DNA of 64,000 nt, taken from positions 231,844-295,843 of the forward strand of contig CAWGGP010000001.1 of the NCBI GenBank assembly GCA_963822075.1, given 5' to 3'. Position 1 is the stretch's first letter, and each line of letters opens with the position of its first letter. The notes beneath the pieces were generated by a model. The model worked only from the letters and a program-made list of their open reading frames with translations. It did no database searches and was not told where the DNA came from. Origin of the DNA: Candidatus Aminicenantes bacterium (GTDB lineage: Bacteria > Acidobacteriota > Aminicenantia > UBA2199). Position numbers and translations under genes: made by a program. Below are positions 1-15,738 of the stretch, piece after piece.

Positions 1-1797
<1,797 letters not shown>

Positions 1798-1833
1798 TCT
1801 GATTTTCGCTTCGTATCTCTCATCTCTCCTCGA

Positions 1834-1866
1834 GGCGAAGGGCGGTCGCAGCGGCCGCCCTTCGCC
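1834..1866 (+). terminator. Candidate hairpin terminator after dnaK (12-bp perfect stem GGCGAAGGGCGG/CCGCCCTTCGCC)
   Basis: Perfect inverted repeat seen in sequence directly downstream of dnaK stop; weak T tract only. Confidence 0.35.
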
Positions 1867-1937
1867 ATTTCAGCCTTGTCCCCAGTTGCTTTTTCCAGGC
1901 AAATGTGTTACGTTTTAGGGGTCGTTCAGGAGGAAAA

Positions 1938-2819
1938 ATGAAGGTGAAAATTGGTATCGCTCTTTTGCCGATAATATTGTTGACCGGTTTCTGCGGGAAA
2001 AAGATCGACCGCAAGGGGATCGACCTCTCCCTGAAGCTCTCGCCCGAAACCATCACCGATTCCCTTTTCTTGAAAATGGATTACGAGTTCAAGACCAGCG
2101 CCGCCTTCAAAAAATTGGCCGGCGATTATTCGGTCTTCGTCCATTTCTGGCGGGTGAGCAGCAAGGAAATGCTGCTGGTGGACGACCATCTGCCCGTCAA
2201 GAACACCGCCGCCTGGACCGCGAACGACGATATAAAATATTCCCGCACCCTTTTCATCCCCCAGTTCCTGAACGAATTCGACGTCGATTTTGAAGGGTAT
2301 GAAGAGTTGAAGCTGACCGTCGGCCTGTACAACCCGAAAACCAAGGAAAAACCGATCCTGCTTTTCGAAAAGAAGATCAATATCCAACCCGCCTCGATCA
2401 ATGCCCCGGAGATTGTCTATGACGAAGGCTGGAACGAGATCGAGACCGATGTCAACGCCAAGGATCCCTTCGCCAAGAGCTGGCGTTGGACCACGGCCAA
2501 GTCGGTCTGCATCATTGAAAACCCCAAGAAGGAGTCCACGCTGATCATCAAGGGCGGCGTGAACAAGACCGCCTTCCAGGACCAAAAACTGATCTTCAAG
2601 ATCAATGACGCCATCCTGGACGAATTCATCCCCGCCGAGGACAACTTCTCCAGGGAATACACCGTGACCCCGGAAATGATGGGCCCGGCCGACGAGTTTT
2701 CCCTGAAGATCGAGACCAACCGGGTCTTTGTCCCGGCCAAGGTCTTTCCCAACAGCAAGGACAACCGCGAACTCGGAGCCCAGATCTTTTTCATCTATTT
2801 CCGGGAAAAGCTCAAGTAG
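1938..2819 (+). CDS. Hypothetical lipoprotein (signal peptide plus lipobox LTGFC)
   Basis: N-terminus MKVKIGIALLPIILLTGFCGKK is a typical lipoprotein signal; no recognisable domain. Confidence 0.6.
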   Translation: MKVKIGIALLPIILLTGFCGKKIDRKGIDLSLKLSPETITDSLFLKMDYEFKTSAAFKKLAGDYSVFVHFWRVSSKEMLLVDDHLPVKNTAAWTANDDIKYSRTLFIPQFLNEFDVDFEGYEELKLTVGLYNPKTKEKPILLFEKKINIQPASINAPEIVYDEGWNEIETDVNAKDPFAKSWRWTTAKSVCIIENPKKESTLIIKGGVNKTAFQDQKLIFKINDAILDEFIPAEDNFSREYTVTPEMMGPADEFSLKIETNRVFVPAKVFPNSKDNRELGAQIFFIYFREKLK

Positions 2820-2860
2820 CGCCCGCTGCGATTTCATCCGGCGGCGCGCCGGAGGCCGGC

Positions 2861-3076
2861 ATGATCGATGGTGACCTGAAGGAACTCCTGGCGGTCGAGG
2901 GCAGCCTGGAAGCGGAGATCATCAAGTCCAAGCTGGAAAGCTTCCAGATACCGGTCCTCTTGCAATACGAGGCGGCGGGCCGCATCTTCGGCATCACCAT
3001 GGACGGCCTGGGCAAGGTCAAGGTCATGGTCCCCCTGGCTCTCTTCGAGGAGGCCAGGAAGGTCCTGGCCGGCTGA
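2861..3076 (+). CDS. Small DUF2007-like protein (putative signal-transducing protein family)
   Basis: 71 aa; pattern ...LESxxIPxxL......G......VxV... resembles DUF2007. Confidence 0.45.
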   Translation: MIDGDLKELLAVEGSLEAEIIKSKLESFQIPVLLQYEAAGRIFGITMDGLGKVKVMVPLALFEEARKVLAG

Positions 3077-3091
3077 CCCCGCCGCCAGCCC

Positions 3092-3853
3092 TTATAAGCT
3101 GAATTGGTCGAAGGTTCGCGCCAGGCGGTCCAGTTCTTCCTTGGAATTCAGGTCGTATTTGATGATGCTCAAGGAAATGAACCCGTTCTGGACCGCGCAG
3201 ATATCGCTCCCCTCGCAGGTCGCGTAATCCGGGGTCCCGGTCCCGATCCAATAGTATTTCCGGCCGCGGGGATCGGTCCGCTCGATGATATCGGGGGTAT
3301 AGCGCTTGTTGCCCAGGGTGGTCAGGGCGATCTCCCCCCGGTTGGGGAAAGGGATATTCAAATTGTAGATCACGTTGTCATGGGAGCAGCAAAGCAGCTT
3401 GTCCAGTATTTTGGCGGTGATGACCGCCCCGGCGGCGAATTCGAACTCCTGCTGCTGGTATTGGCCCAGGCCGGCGATCAGCGAGACGGCCAGCGAGGGG
3501 ACGCCGTAGAGATGCCCGGAAAAAGCGCCGCCGACCGTGCCGGAAAAGAATATGTCCTCGGAAAGGTTTTCGCCCAGGTTCATTCCCGAAACCACGAAAT
3601 CGGGCCTGGCCGGCAGTATCTTCTGCAGGGCGATGTTGACGCAATCGGAAGTGGTGCCATTGACGGCATACACGTCTTCCTCGACCTGGCTGACGCGCAG
3701 CGGATGATTCAGGGTCAGGGCCATGCTGATGGCGCTTTTTTCGCTGTCCGGGGCCACGATAACGACATGATGCTTTTTTTGCAGCTCGCTTTGCAGGGCG
3801 CGGATCCCCTGGGAATAGAAACCATCATCGTTGGTCAGCAATATTGTTTTCAT
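3092..3853 (-). CDS. surE: 5'/3'-nucleotidase SurE
   Basis: MKTILLTNDDGfxSxGI motif at N-terminus, full-length similarity pattern to SurE. Confidence 0.9.
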   Translation of the reverse strand: MKTILLTNDDGFYSQGIRALQSELQKKHHVVIVAPDSEKSAISMALTLNHPLRVSQVEEDVYAVNGTTSDCVNIALQKILPARPDFVVSGMNLGENLSEDIFFSGTVGGAFSGHLYGVPSLAVSLIAGLGQYQQQEFEFAAGAVITAKILDKLLCCSHDNVIYNLNIPFPNRGEIALTTLGNKRYTPDIIERTDPRGRKYYWIGTGTPDYATCEGSDICAVQNGFISLSIIKYDLNSKEELDRLARTFDQFSL

Positions 3854-3867
3854 GTTGGTTGAATGCG

Positions 3868-3942
3868 ATATAAAAAGTCGGGGCGAGTGGATTCGAACCA
3901 CCGACCACACGCACCCCAAGCGTGTACGCTAACCAGACTGCG
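3868..3942 (-). tRNA. tRNA-Pro (anticodon GGG)
   Basis: Cloverleaf folded by eye: acceptor CGGGGCG/CGCCCCG, D-arm GCGC-AGTCTGGTTA-GCGT, anticodon stem CACGC/GCGTG with loop TTGGGGT, T-arm GGTGG-TTCGAAT-CCACT; no encoded CCA. Confidence 0.8.
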
Positions 3943-3958
3943 CTACGCCCCGGCTCAC

Positions 3959-4330
3959 TCAACTTTTATCATCTTTGGCGAGTAAAGTCAATATTTCCTT
4001 GAGACCGCGGCGGATCCTATTCAATTTTTCGGGGTCGATCGCTTCGGCGCCGGCGGCGGGCTGGGGGTTAGCGAGGTCGCCGTAATTGCGCAGCAGCAGC
4101 TCCTTGATCTGGCCCTTGTCGCGCTTTTCCTGGACCAGCCATTGCTTGATGGACAGGATGACCTCCACGTCGCGGCGGCTGTAGAATTTTTCCCCGCTCT
4201 GGTTGATCACGGGGACGAAGGCGGCGAATTCCTTTTCCCAGTAATCCAGCACGCGGCCGTCCAGCTTGGCCATCTGCATGACCTCTTTGCGTTTGAAGGT
4301 CAATTTATCGGGGATTTTGCTTTCAGCCAT
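3959..4330 (-). CDS. MerR-family transcriptional regulator (HspR-like)
   Basis: HTH region LDGRVLDYWEKEF plus C-terminal coiled region typical of MerR/HspR family. Confidence 0.65.
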   Translation of the reverse strand: MAESKIPDKLTFKRKEVMQMAKLDGRVLDYWEKEFAAFVPVINQSGEKFYSRRDVEVILSIKQWLVQEKRDKGQIKELLLRNYGDLANPQPAAGAEAIDPEKLNRIRRGLKEILTLLAKDDKS

Positions 4331-4361
4331 TTCGTTGTTCTTGCCTTTGACTCCAGGAAAG

Positions 4362-4367
4362 ATTATA
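4362..4367 (-). promoter_or_regulatory. Candidate -10 element (perfect TATAAT on minus strand) 31 nt upstream of MerR-like gene start
   Basis: Seen in sequence; -35 is weak (TTTAAA). Confidence 0.25.
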
Positions 4368-4409
4368 GCGGACTTCGCGATTTATTTAAAGAATATTTTC
4401 AGATATTTT

Positions 4410-5018
4410 TCAGAAGTTGATCACCAGGCTGCCGCCGAAGTAAAAACCGTTCTTGAACCCGGCCTCGGCCCTGATCAGGCACCGGTCATTGATGTTGCCC
4501 GTGATGCCCACCGGGATATGGCCGACGGGGACGAAGGCTTTTTTTTCGTAGGTGTCGCGGATGGTGATGCCGTGCTCCGTGTACGAGCCTTCGGCCCAAA
4601 CGCTCATGCGGCCGACGCCGATGCCCACTCCGATATAGGGATGGACGGGCGCAGCGGGGAAAAAGTTGACCAGGAGGGTGGCGGTGAAATTGACCTGGGT
4701 GACCTCGCCCGAGCCTGAAAAGCGCTTGTCTTCCTCTTCGACGCGGAAGTAACCTTCGCCGGAGATGCGGTTGTATTCCAGGCAGTACATGCCGCTCAAG
4801 GCCGATTTGGGACCCTTTTTGCCGTAGGAGTGGATCTCGAAGGAAAAGGCGTTGCCCGCCAGCCTGGGATGTTCGTCCAATGCCAGGTCCAGCAGGGCGT
4901 TGGGCACGCCAAAGGCGCTGAACCTGACCCCGACGCCGGTGCGGGAGATCCCGGCGGCGGCGGCGGGCAGGGCGGCGGCCAGCAGCGCCGCGGCGAGAAG
5001 GAGCGTTTTCGCTTTCAT
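4410..5018 (-). CDS. Outer-membrane beta-barrel protein (OmpA-like/porin family)
   Basis: Signal peptide MKAKTLLLAAALLAAALPAAAAG, alternating amphipathic strands, C-terminal Phe (…LVINF). Confidence 0.65.
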   Translation of the reverse strand: MKAKTLLLAAALLAAALPAAAAGISRTGVGVRFSAFGVPNALLDLALDEHPRLAGNAFSFEIHSYGKKGPKSALSGMYCLEYNRISGEGYFRVEEEDKRFSGSGEVTQVNFTATLLVNFFPAAPVHPYIGVGIGVGRMSVWAEGSYTEHGITIRDTYEKKAFVPVGHIPVGITGNINDRCLIRAEAGFKNGFYFGGSLVINF

Positions 5019-5026
5019 GCGCTCTG

Positions 5027-9073
<4,047 letters not shown>

Positions 9074-9136
9074 TGTGCCGATATTATACAAACATATCGG
9101 TTATTTGGCAAATGGAGGAGGCCGGGGCGGCAGGGG

Positions 9137-10363
9137 CTATTTCTTGTCGGCCTGGATGGCCGTATCCAGCAGGTCGGCCATGGTGCCGCTGCCGCTTTTC
9201 TGTTCCTGGTCCTGGTTTTCCTTGAGCCGCGCCAGTTCGCCGCTGAGATCCTCTTCGGGCTCCTCCATGGTCAGCGAAAGGGTCTTGCGCAGCGGGTCGA
9301 CCGCCAGGATGCGCACGCGCACGTCGTCGCCGACGGTGAGGATCTCCTTGGGATGGCTGATGCGCCGTTCCACGCCCAGCCGGGAGACATGCAGCAGCCC
9401 GGTCACCCCGGGGAGCAGTTCGACGAACGCCCCGAAAGGCTTCAGGTGCACGACCCGCCCTTGGACCTCGCTGCCGACGCTGAGCTTGTCGCCGGCCGCG
9501 ATCCAGGGGTCGGCGAGCAGCGACTTGAGGCTCAGGGATATCTTGCCGTTCTCCGGATCGAGCTTGATGATGGCCACCTGCAGTTTCTGCCCGGGCTGCA
9601 AGACTTCCTTGGCGCTCTGGATCTTCTGGTATGAGATCTCCGAGACGTGCAGCAGCCCTTCGGCGCCGCCGATTTCGACGAAGGCGCCGTAGTCGTGCAC
9701 GGAAGTGACCGTGCCTTCGCGCACCTGGTTCACCTCGAGCTCCTGCCAGAGCTGGCGGGCCTTTTCGCGTTCCTCGGCCTGCAGCAGCTCCTTGCGCCCG
9801 ATCACGATGTTGCGGCCATCCTCTTCGTATTGGGTGATCAGGAAAGAATAGGTCTGTTCCAGGTGGACTTCCGGGTTCTGGCAATAGTTCCTTTCGATCT
9901 GCGAGATCGGGCAGAACACCTTCTGCCCCATGACCTGGACGTCGAAGCCGCCCTTGTTCACGGCCTTGACCCGGCCTTCGACCGGGATGCGGGCCGAAAA
10001 GGCCTCGCGCAGCATGGCCAGGGAGGGAGAGTCCTTGGCGGCGCGTGAATCGCCGCGGCCGGCCTGGCGCAGGCGGGACGTGCAATGGAAGATCCCGTCG
10101 CGGAACGCCGTCACCAGCACCTGGATGGCGTCCCCGGGGCGGACGGTCAATTGTCCCTGGCGCACGCATTCATCGCGGTCGATCATGCCTTCGGCGCGGG
10201 TGCCGAGGTCAAGGAAGATATTGTCCTTGCCGATGGAGATGACCTTGCCGGTGGCGACTTCGCCGACCCTGATGTTCATTGCGGGCTTGAAAGAGGCGTT
10301 CAGCAGGTCGGCAAAGCTCTCCTCTGCTTTTTGGGACGGCGTTCGGCTCTGGTTGTCTGTCAT
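9137..10363 (-). CDS. S1 RNA-binding domain protein (ribosomal protein S1-like, about four S1 repeats)
   Basis: Repeated G-x-V-x-x-V-x-x-F/G-A-F-V-E motifs characteristic of S1 domains. Confidence 0.8.
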   Translation of the reverse strand: MTDNQSRTPSQKAEESFADLLNASFKPAMNIRVGEVATGKVISIGKDNIFLDLGTRAEGMIDRDECVRQGQLTVRPGDAIQVLVTAFRDGIFHCTSRLRQAGRGDSRAAKDSPSLAMLREAFSARIPVEGRVKAVNKGGFDVQVMGQKVFCPISQIERNYCQNPEVHLEQTYSFLITQYEEDGRNIVIGRKELLQAEEREKARQLWQELEVNQVREGTVTSVHDYGAFVEIGGAEGLLHVSEISYQKIQSAKEVLQPGQKLQVAIIKLDPENGKISLSLKSLLADPWIAAGDKLSVGSEVQGRVVHLKPFGAFVELLPGVTGLLHVSRLGVERRISHPKEILTVGDDVRVRILAVDPLRKTLSLTMEEPEEDLSGELARLKENQDQEQKSGSGTMADLLDTAIQADKK

Positions 10364-10478
10364 GGATTGTCCTTGTCTGATCTCAGATTGATTTGGATTA
10401 CCAAGATTCTACCCTTAGTTTAATCCGCATCGGGCCAAATGTCAAGGGGCGGCCCGGCGGCAAGGCGGGGCCAATGCC

Positions 10479-10933
10479 CTATTTTGCCGGCTGCTGCAGG
10501 TCCTTCCTCTTTTCGGTGAAGTATTCCGGCTCCAGGGGCTTGCCCTTGTGGGTGTGAACTTCCCCGTCCAGATGGGCGTCTTCGGCTATGGCGATGCGCT
10601 GGCAGACAAGGTCTCCCTGGATGTAGGCGGTCGAACGGATCTCGATCCTGCCCGCCACCGTGACCCGTCCCTCCACCCGGCCGGCCAGGATCATGTTCCC
10701 CGCCGCGACCTCGCCCTGCACCGCGCCGTTCTCGCCGACGAACAGCAGCCCGGAGATGGTGATGTCGCCCTTGATCCTGCCGTCCAGGAAAAGGTCTCCC
10801 GGCCCGGACACCGTTCCGGATATGGTGGTGGCCTGCTTGATGGTCGTCTTGTTTCCGGGATCAACAAGGCTGTCGACCGTCCTCTGGTTTTCCATGGTTT
10901 CTCCCTTGGGATTGGTTTCTTGTGGAATCGACA
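10479..10933 (-). CDS. Bactofilin (polymer-forming cytoskeletal protein, DUF583)
   Basis: Beta-helical repeat I-x-G-x-V-x-G-x motif series; start at MSIPQ (10933) or MENQ (10895). Confidence 0.8.
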
Positions 10934-10936
10934 TTT

Positions 10937-11581
10937 TCAGATGAAAGACGAACGGCTGTCGGCGATGGCGAAAAAGCGCTGGCAGACGTCCGCGCTCTCG
11001 GCCAGGATCTTTTGCCGCCCGGGGTCGTCGGGGTGGAAGAACAACACCTGCAGGACATCGAGGCTGGACGGCTGCACGCTGGCCCGCTGCGAATCGGCGG
11101 AGGGGTTCCCGAATGCGCCCAGGTCGTCGCGCAGCACGATCTTGCCGGCGAAATTCAGGGTTTGCTTGCGGATCCCCTGGTACTGGTCGCCGGCGTCGCC
11201 CAGGGTGACGCACACGGGGCCCCGGACGCGCTCCAGGTCGTAAAGCCCGTAGCAGACCTGGAATTTCAGCGAGAGGAGGTTGGTCAGGTCGACCAGCGGG
11301 TTGACGGCGGGAAAATCGTTGCGGTCGCGCAGGCGGCGCCAGAGCGCTTCCGACGAGGGGCGGTGCTTGGTCGGATCGATGTGGAAGGACTTGTACAACC
11401 GGCGCGAGAAGGCGAATCCCGGGGGCAAAGCCGCGCCGTGGGCGGGGCGTATCTCGGACGTCTGCTCGGCGATAAAGCGCTCCAGGAGCTCCCCCGAGCG
11501 CAGGGAGAGCCCGCGGTAGACGTTGACGCCGGCGCTCAACCGGCCGGCGAGAAGATTGCTGATCGTGAGCGGGTTTGACAT
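10937..11581 (-). CDS. B3/B4 tRNA-binding domain protein (stand-alone PheT-like B3/4 domain)
   Basis: About 214 aa with B3/4-like pattern; 3-nt gap to bactofilin start suggests operon. Confidence 0.5.
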   Translation of the reverse strand: MSNPLTISNLLAGRLSAGVNVYRGLSLRSGELLERFIAEQTSEIRPAHGAALPPGFAFSRRLYKSFHIDPTKHRPSSEALWRRLRDRNDFPAVNPLVDLTNLLSLKFQVCYGLYDLERVRGPVCVTLGDAGDQYQGIRKQTLNFAGKIVLRDDLGAFGNPSADSQRASVQPSSLDVLQVLFFHPDDPGRQKILAESADVCQRFFAIADSRSSFI

Positions 11582-11676
11582 TTTGGTTTGTAAATTCTAA
11601 CACAATGTGGTAAAAAAATCTCCCAGGCGTCCCGGTCCGGCGCGGCATGCCGTGGCCCGGCGCCAAGGAGAACTTC

Positions 11677-11874
11677 ATGATGAAATTCCTGCTATGGCTG
11701 ATCCTGCTGGTCATCTGCTGGCCGCTGGCCATTATTGGCCTGCTGCTTTACCCGATCGTCTGGCTGCTCCTTCTGCCGTTCCGCCTGCTGGGCATGACGG
11801 TCAGCGCCGTGTTCGAACTGCTGCGGGCGCTGATCACCCTGCCGGCGCGCATCCTGCGCGGCCCCGGCCGCTGA
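11677..11874 (+). CDS. Small hydrophobic membrane protein (two TM helices)
   Basis: MMKFLLWLILLVICWPLAIIGLLLYPIVWLLLLPFRLL; no known domain recognised. Confidence 0.4.
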   Translation: MMKFLLWLILLVICWPLAIIGLLLYPIVWLLLLPFRLLGMTVSAVFELLRALITLPARILRGPGR

Positions 11875-11888
11875 GCCGGTCGGAGGTC

Positions 11889-12842
11889 ATGCGCGTTCAG
11901 GCGGCAGCGGGGCGGCGCTGGCTGCCGTTCGCCCTGGGGGCGCTGTTTTTTTTCGGCGTCACCAATTTCATCCTCGGGTTCATCTCGGAAAAAAGCGCCA
12001 ACGCGCCGGGGGTGAGCCTGAAGGCCGCCATGATCCTCTGGCTGGGGACGGGGCTGCTCGGCATCGGCGGCTCCGCCTTTTTTCTCCTTTCGGGCCGCGG
12101 CTTTTCCGGCCTGCCCCGGAGAAATTCCGCCTTCCTGCCGCTGGCCGCCGGCGTCACGCTGGCCCTGGGCATGCTCCTGCTGAAAACAAGCCTGGCCGCC
12201 AACCCCCTGGCCAAGGGGCCGATCGTCGCCGTCGCCTCGAGCAATTCCCTGGTCGTCGCCCTCCTGGCCTGGGTGTTTTTGCGGGAGAAACTCAGCCCGG
12301 GGCAGTTGGCGAGTTTTCTCGTCATCATCGGCGGCATCGTCCTCTTGAGCATGGGAGGCAGGTCGGGCGGCACTTTTGCAGCCGTGGGCTACGCGGTCGC
12401 CGCCATGCTCCTTCTCGGCCTCACCAATTTCCTGCTGAAGCTGGCCGGAGAACAAGGGTGCAACTCGGTCACGGCGGCGGTCCTCCTGTGGCTGAGCGTG
12501 GGTGGCTGCGGCGTGCTGGCTTTTGCCTGGCAGCGGCTTGAACTGGCGACATGGCCGTGGCTGGAGCCGGCGGGGCTCGGCTGGCTCGCGTTGCTGGCCG
12601 GAGTTTTCCTGGCCCTGGGCATGCTTTTCGTCAAGAGGTCGGTCACGCTGGGGCAGGCCGGCCCTGCGACCGCCGTCTCCGGGTCGAACGCCGTCCTGGT
12701 CAGCCTCCTGGACCTGGCGCTGCTGGGCCACTGGCTGGCCCCGCTGAAGCTGGCCGGCATGCTGGCGACCGTGGCCGGCATCGTAATGCTCGCCCTGGCG
12801 CGGCCGCTGAATAAGGCCCGGGCCGGAAGGGGGAACGCATGA
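11889..12842 (+). CDS. EamA/DMT-family transporter (10 TM)
   Basis: Duplicated EamA-like halves, hydrophobic throughout. Confidence 0.7.
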   Translation: MRVQAAAGRRWLPFALGALFFFGVTNFILGFISEKSANAPGVSLKAAMILWLGTGLLGIGGSAFFLLSGRGFSGLPRRNSAFLPLAAGVTLALGMLLLKTSLAANPLAKGPIVAVASSNSLVVALLAWVFLREKLSPGQLASFLVIIGGIVLLSMGGRSGGTFAAVGYAVAAMLLLGLTNFLLKLAGEQGCNSVTAAVLLWLSVGGCGVLAFAWQRLELATWPWLEPAGLGWLALLAGVFLALGMLFVKRSVTLGQAGPATAVSGSNAVLVSLLDLALLGHWLAPLKLAGMLATVAGIVMLALARPLNKARAGRGNA

Positions 12843-12984
12843 GAATGATCCGGCGACTGCACCCGCTCCTCCTGCTCATGCCGCCGCCGGTCGCCGGCGA
12901 CAAGGTGGAGCTGTAAGCCGGGTTTGCTTTTCCCGCCCCGGTTTTTTAAAATAGGGTCACCCGATGTTCGTTCGAGGAGGAAAA

Positions 12985-14082
12985 ATGCCAAACAAACACC
13001 TGCCATTCTTTTTTGCGCCATTCCTGGCCGTCCAGCTCGCTTGGCTCCTGCCGCTGGCCGGGCAGAACAACCCCGGCGGCGATAAAAATGATGAAAAGGC
13101 GGCGCTCGCCGCCCATTTTTCCGCCCTGGATCAGCGCCTGGACCAGCTGGAGAAGGCGGTCGACGACCTCCTCTGGTACCAGAAGGTGGGGGACGTGGCC
13201 TGGGTGGACAAGGTTTTCCATGTCGGCCCGCCGCCGGCGAACGTCAAGAACCCGACGGCGATGGGGGCGAAGAACCCGGTCAAGTTCTGGTCATATATCT
13301 TCATTCCCAAGGGGCTCGATCGGAGCCGCCAGCACCCGCTGCTGGTCCTCCCCCATGGCGGTTCCCACGCGAATTTCACCACCTACCACACGCACATCAT
13401 CCGCGAATTGATGGCCCAAGGATACATCGTGGTCGCCCCGGAGTACCGCGGCTCGACCGGCTACGGACGGTCTTTCTATGAAAAGGTCGATTACGGCGGC
13501 CTGGAGGTCGACGACTGCCATGCCAGCCGCGACTACATGGTGGAGAACTACGACTTCGTCGACCCCAAGCGCGTGGGCATCATCGGCTGGAGCCACGGCG
13601 GACTGATCGCCCTGATGGACATCTTCGCCCACCCCGAGTCCTACCAGGTGGCGTTCGCCGGCGTGCCGGTCAGCGACCTGGTCATGCGCATGGGCTATCA
13701 AAGCCCCGATTATCCCGAAGAATTTTCGGCTCCGTTCCACATCGGGAAAACGGTCAACGAAAACGTCAAGGAGTACCAGCGCCGTTCGCCGGTCTGGCAC
13801 GTCAAGGAGCTGCGGACGCCGCTGCTGATCCACACCAACACCAACGACGACGACGTATATTCCATCGAGGTGGAGCACCTGATCCAGGCCCTGAAGGCCG
13901 AGGGGAAAAAGTTCGAGTACGAGATCTTCAACGAAGCCCCGGGCGGCCACAGCTTCGACCGCATCGACACCAAATTGGCCAAGCAGATCCGCCTGAAGAT
14001 CTACGCGTTCCTCGCCGGCTACCTGCACCCCGCCCACCCCCTTTCATCCCTGGAGGAACTGGACAAAGCCGGTTACCGCTGA
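12985..14082 (+). CDS. S9-family serine peptidase / alpha-beta hydrolase (prolyl oligopeptidase-dienelactone hydrolase fold), secreted
   Basis: Signal peptide, GWSHGG nucleophile elbow, catalytic D and H downstream. Confidence 0.75.
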   Translation: MPNKHLPFFFAPFLAVQLAWLLPLAGQNNPGGDKNDEKAALAAHFSALDQRLDQLEKAVDDLLWYQKVGDVAWVDKVFHVGPPPANVKNPTAMGAKNPVKFWSYIFIPKGLDRSRQHPLLVLPHGGSHANFTTYHTHIIRELMAQGYIVVAPEYRGSTGYGRSFYEKVDYGGLEVDDCHASRDYMVENYDFVDPKRVGIIGWSHGGLIALMDIFAHPESYQVAFAGVPVSDLVMRMGYQSPDYPEEFSAPFHIGKTVNENVKEYQRRSPVWHVKELRTPLLIHTNTNDDDVYSIEVEHLIQALKAEGKKFEYEIFNEAPGGHSFDRIDTKLAKQIRLKIYAFLAGYLHPAHPLSSLEELDKAGYR

Positions 14083-14102
14083 GGCGGGCGGCCGCGGCCC
14101 GC

Positions 14103-14936
14103 TCAGGTTTTCAGTTTGAACAGGGGCTGGCCCACGCGGACGGCGCGCCCCTTTTCGGCCAGCACCTTTTCCACGCGGCCGGCGGGAAAGAGCAGGATGA
14201 TGGTCGAGCCCATGGCGAAATGGCCCATTTCGGCCATCTGCGCGACCGGGATATCGAGGCCCTGCCACTCTTTTTTTTGCGGCAAGCCGCAGGGGAGGTA
14301 TTCCACGCCGATGCCGCCCACGAACGTGGCGCCGACCGCCACCATGTAGTATCGGCTTTCAGGCAGGGCGAAGCGGGTCACCAGCCTCTCGTTGCGGACA
14401 TACAGGTCCCTGACCCGGCGCACCGAGAAATCGTTGACCGGGAAGAGGCGGGTGCCGCCGTGGAAGCAGCCGCTGACGCGCCCCGACAGGGGATAATGGA
14501 AACGATGGTAATCGCTGGGCGACAGGTAGATGGTGGCCAGGTACCACTTTTGCGAAAAATCGACCGGCTCGGCCAGCAGCAGGCTCAGGGGATAGGTCCA
14601 GCCCTTGACCTGGGTGGCGCGGTCCTCGCCGACGAGCTCCAATTCGCTCAGGCGCCCGTCGGCTGGGGAAAGCAGGCACGCGGGGTCGGGCTGCAGCGGC
14701 CGTTTGCCCGGGTCCAGAGGGCGCAGGAAGAAGTCGGCGAGCGAAGGGTAATCGGCGGCGTTGCCGAGGAAGTCGTCCATGGCGATGCGGTAGTGCGCCT
14801 TGAAGCGGCGGATCATCCACAGGGCCAGCCAACCCGGCTTCCGCAAACGCATGAACCGGCCGTAGATGCGACTGACCGGGATCCACGATAGGGGGACCAG
14901 CAGCGCGCGACCAGGGAGCCGGGAAAGAATGTTCAT
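14103..14936 (-). CDS. psd: Phosphatidylserine decarboxylase proenzyme
   Basis: Full-length Psd pattern including the C-terminal LGST self-cleavage motif (FAMGSTI). Confidence 0.85.
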   Translation of the reverse strand: MNILSRLPGRALLVPLSWIPVSRIYGRFMRLRKPGWLALWMIRRFKAHYRIAMDDFLGNAADYPSLADFFLRPLDPGKRPLQPDPACLLSPADGRLSELELVGEDRATQVKGWTYPLSLLLAEPVDFSQKWYLATIYLSPSDYHRFHYPLSGRVSGCFHGGTRLFPVNDFSVRRVRDLYVRNERLVTRFALPESRYYMVAVGATFVGGIGVEYLPCGLPQKKEWQGLDIPVAQMAEMGHFAMGSTIILLFPAGRVEKVLAEKGRAVRVGQPLFKLKT

Positions 14937-15053
14937 GGGGTTCTCGCTTGGGAAGGATTGTACAATCAGCCCCATGGAGTGTCAAATTTTGGGACCAGGA
15001 CTCTTTAATGATAGACAGGGCGTTCCCTCAACGAAGGAATAATTCACACACCA

Positions 15054-15129
15054 TAGGGGCGACCCGGTGGGTCGCCCTGGCGGAGGGCATTGGAACGACA
15101 TCCAGGGCGTTCCCACGGAACGCCCCTAC
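15054..15129. repeat. REP-like palindromic element copy 1 (TIR TAGGGGCG...CGCCCCTA, two internal hairpins)
   Basis: Seen in sequence; hairpins GGGCGACCC-GGT-GGGTCGCCC and GGGCGTTCC-CAC-GGAACGCCC. Confidence 0.8.
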
Positions 15130-15175
15130 GAAAAGCCCGATTTCAATTTTTCCAACCCTATGATATGGCATTTTT

Positions 15176-15733
15176 ATGAAATTCAACTTCAACTTGCGTG
15201 GCCGGAGATCGATCCGGCTGCTGGGGCATGATTACTCCGCTCCGGGCGACTATTTCATCACTATTTGCATTATGAACATGGAATGTGTCCTGGGAAAAAT
15301 CCGTGAAGGCAAGATGGAATTGTCCAAAACCGGCGAGATCATTCGCAAGGAATGGCTAAACACAGAGCTAGTCCGCCCCATCATCAGATTGGGACCTTTC
15401 AGCATCATGCCTAACCACCTGCATGGAATCATTACCATCCATTCCCGTAGGGGCGACCCGGCGGGTCGCCCTGATGGAGATCAAGCGACATCCTGGGCGT
15501 CCCAGCGGGACGCCCCCACATTGGAATCGGAAACAATTGGTGCGATTCTCGGTCAATTTAAATCACTTTCCACCAAAAAGATCCATGCAATCGATTTGAT
15601 CGGTTTTCACTGGCAGCGAAACTATTATGAGCACATTATCCGCAACAAGGCCGAATTAGAGCAAGTCAAAAACTATATTTTGGAAAATCCTTTGAAATGG
15701 TCGGAAGATCCGGACAATCCAATAAATCTATAA
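15176..15733 (+). mobile_element. REP-associated tyrosine transposase (RAYT, IS200/IS605-like Y1 transposase); ORF intact but carries REP-like copy 2 in frame
   Basis: HuH motif MPNHLHGIITIH, catalytic region WQRNYYEHIIRN, RSIRLxGxDYSxPGxYFxTIC N-terminus typical of the REP-associated tyrosine transposase (RAYT) subgroup. Confidence 0.85.
15447..15519. repeat. REP-like palindromic element copy 2, inside the RAYT ORF (encodes SRRGDPAGRPDGDQATSWASQRDAP)
   Basis: Same TIR and two-hairpin architecture as copy 1. Confidence 0.75.
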
Positions 15734-15738
15734 TTTTA

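Noticed and set aside
9084-10169. 361-aa ORF on the same strand as the S1-domain gene, in a different frame
   Set aside because: Lies entirely within the S1-protein gene in another frame; low-complexity Arg/Gly/Pro translation.
15368-15556. Small antisense ORFs (15250-15438, 15368-15556, 15666-15905) around the RAYT gene
   Set aside because: Overlap the intact transposase ORF and REP palindromes; no independent coding signal.
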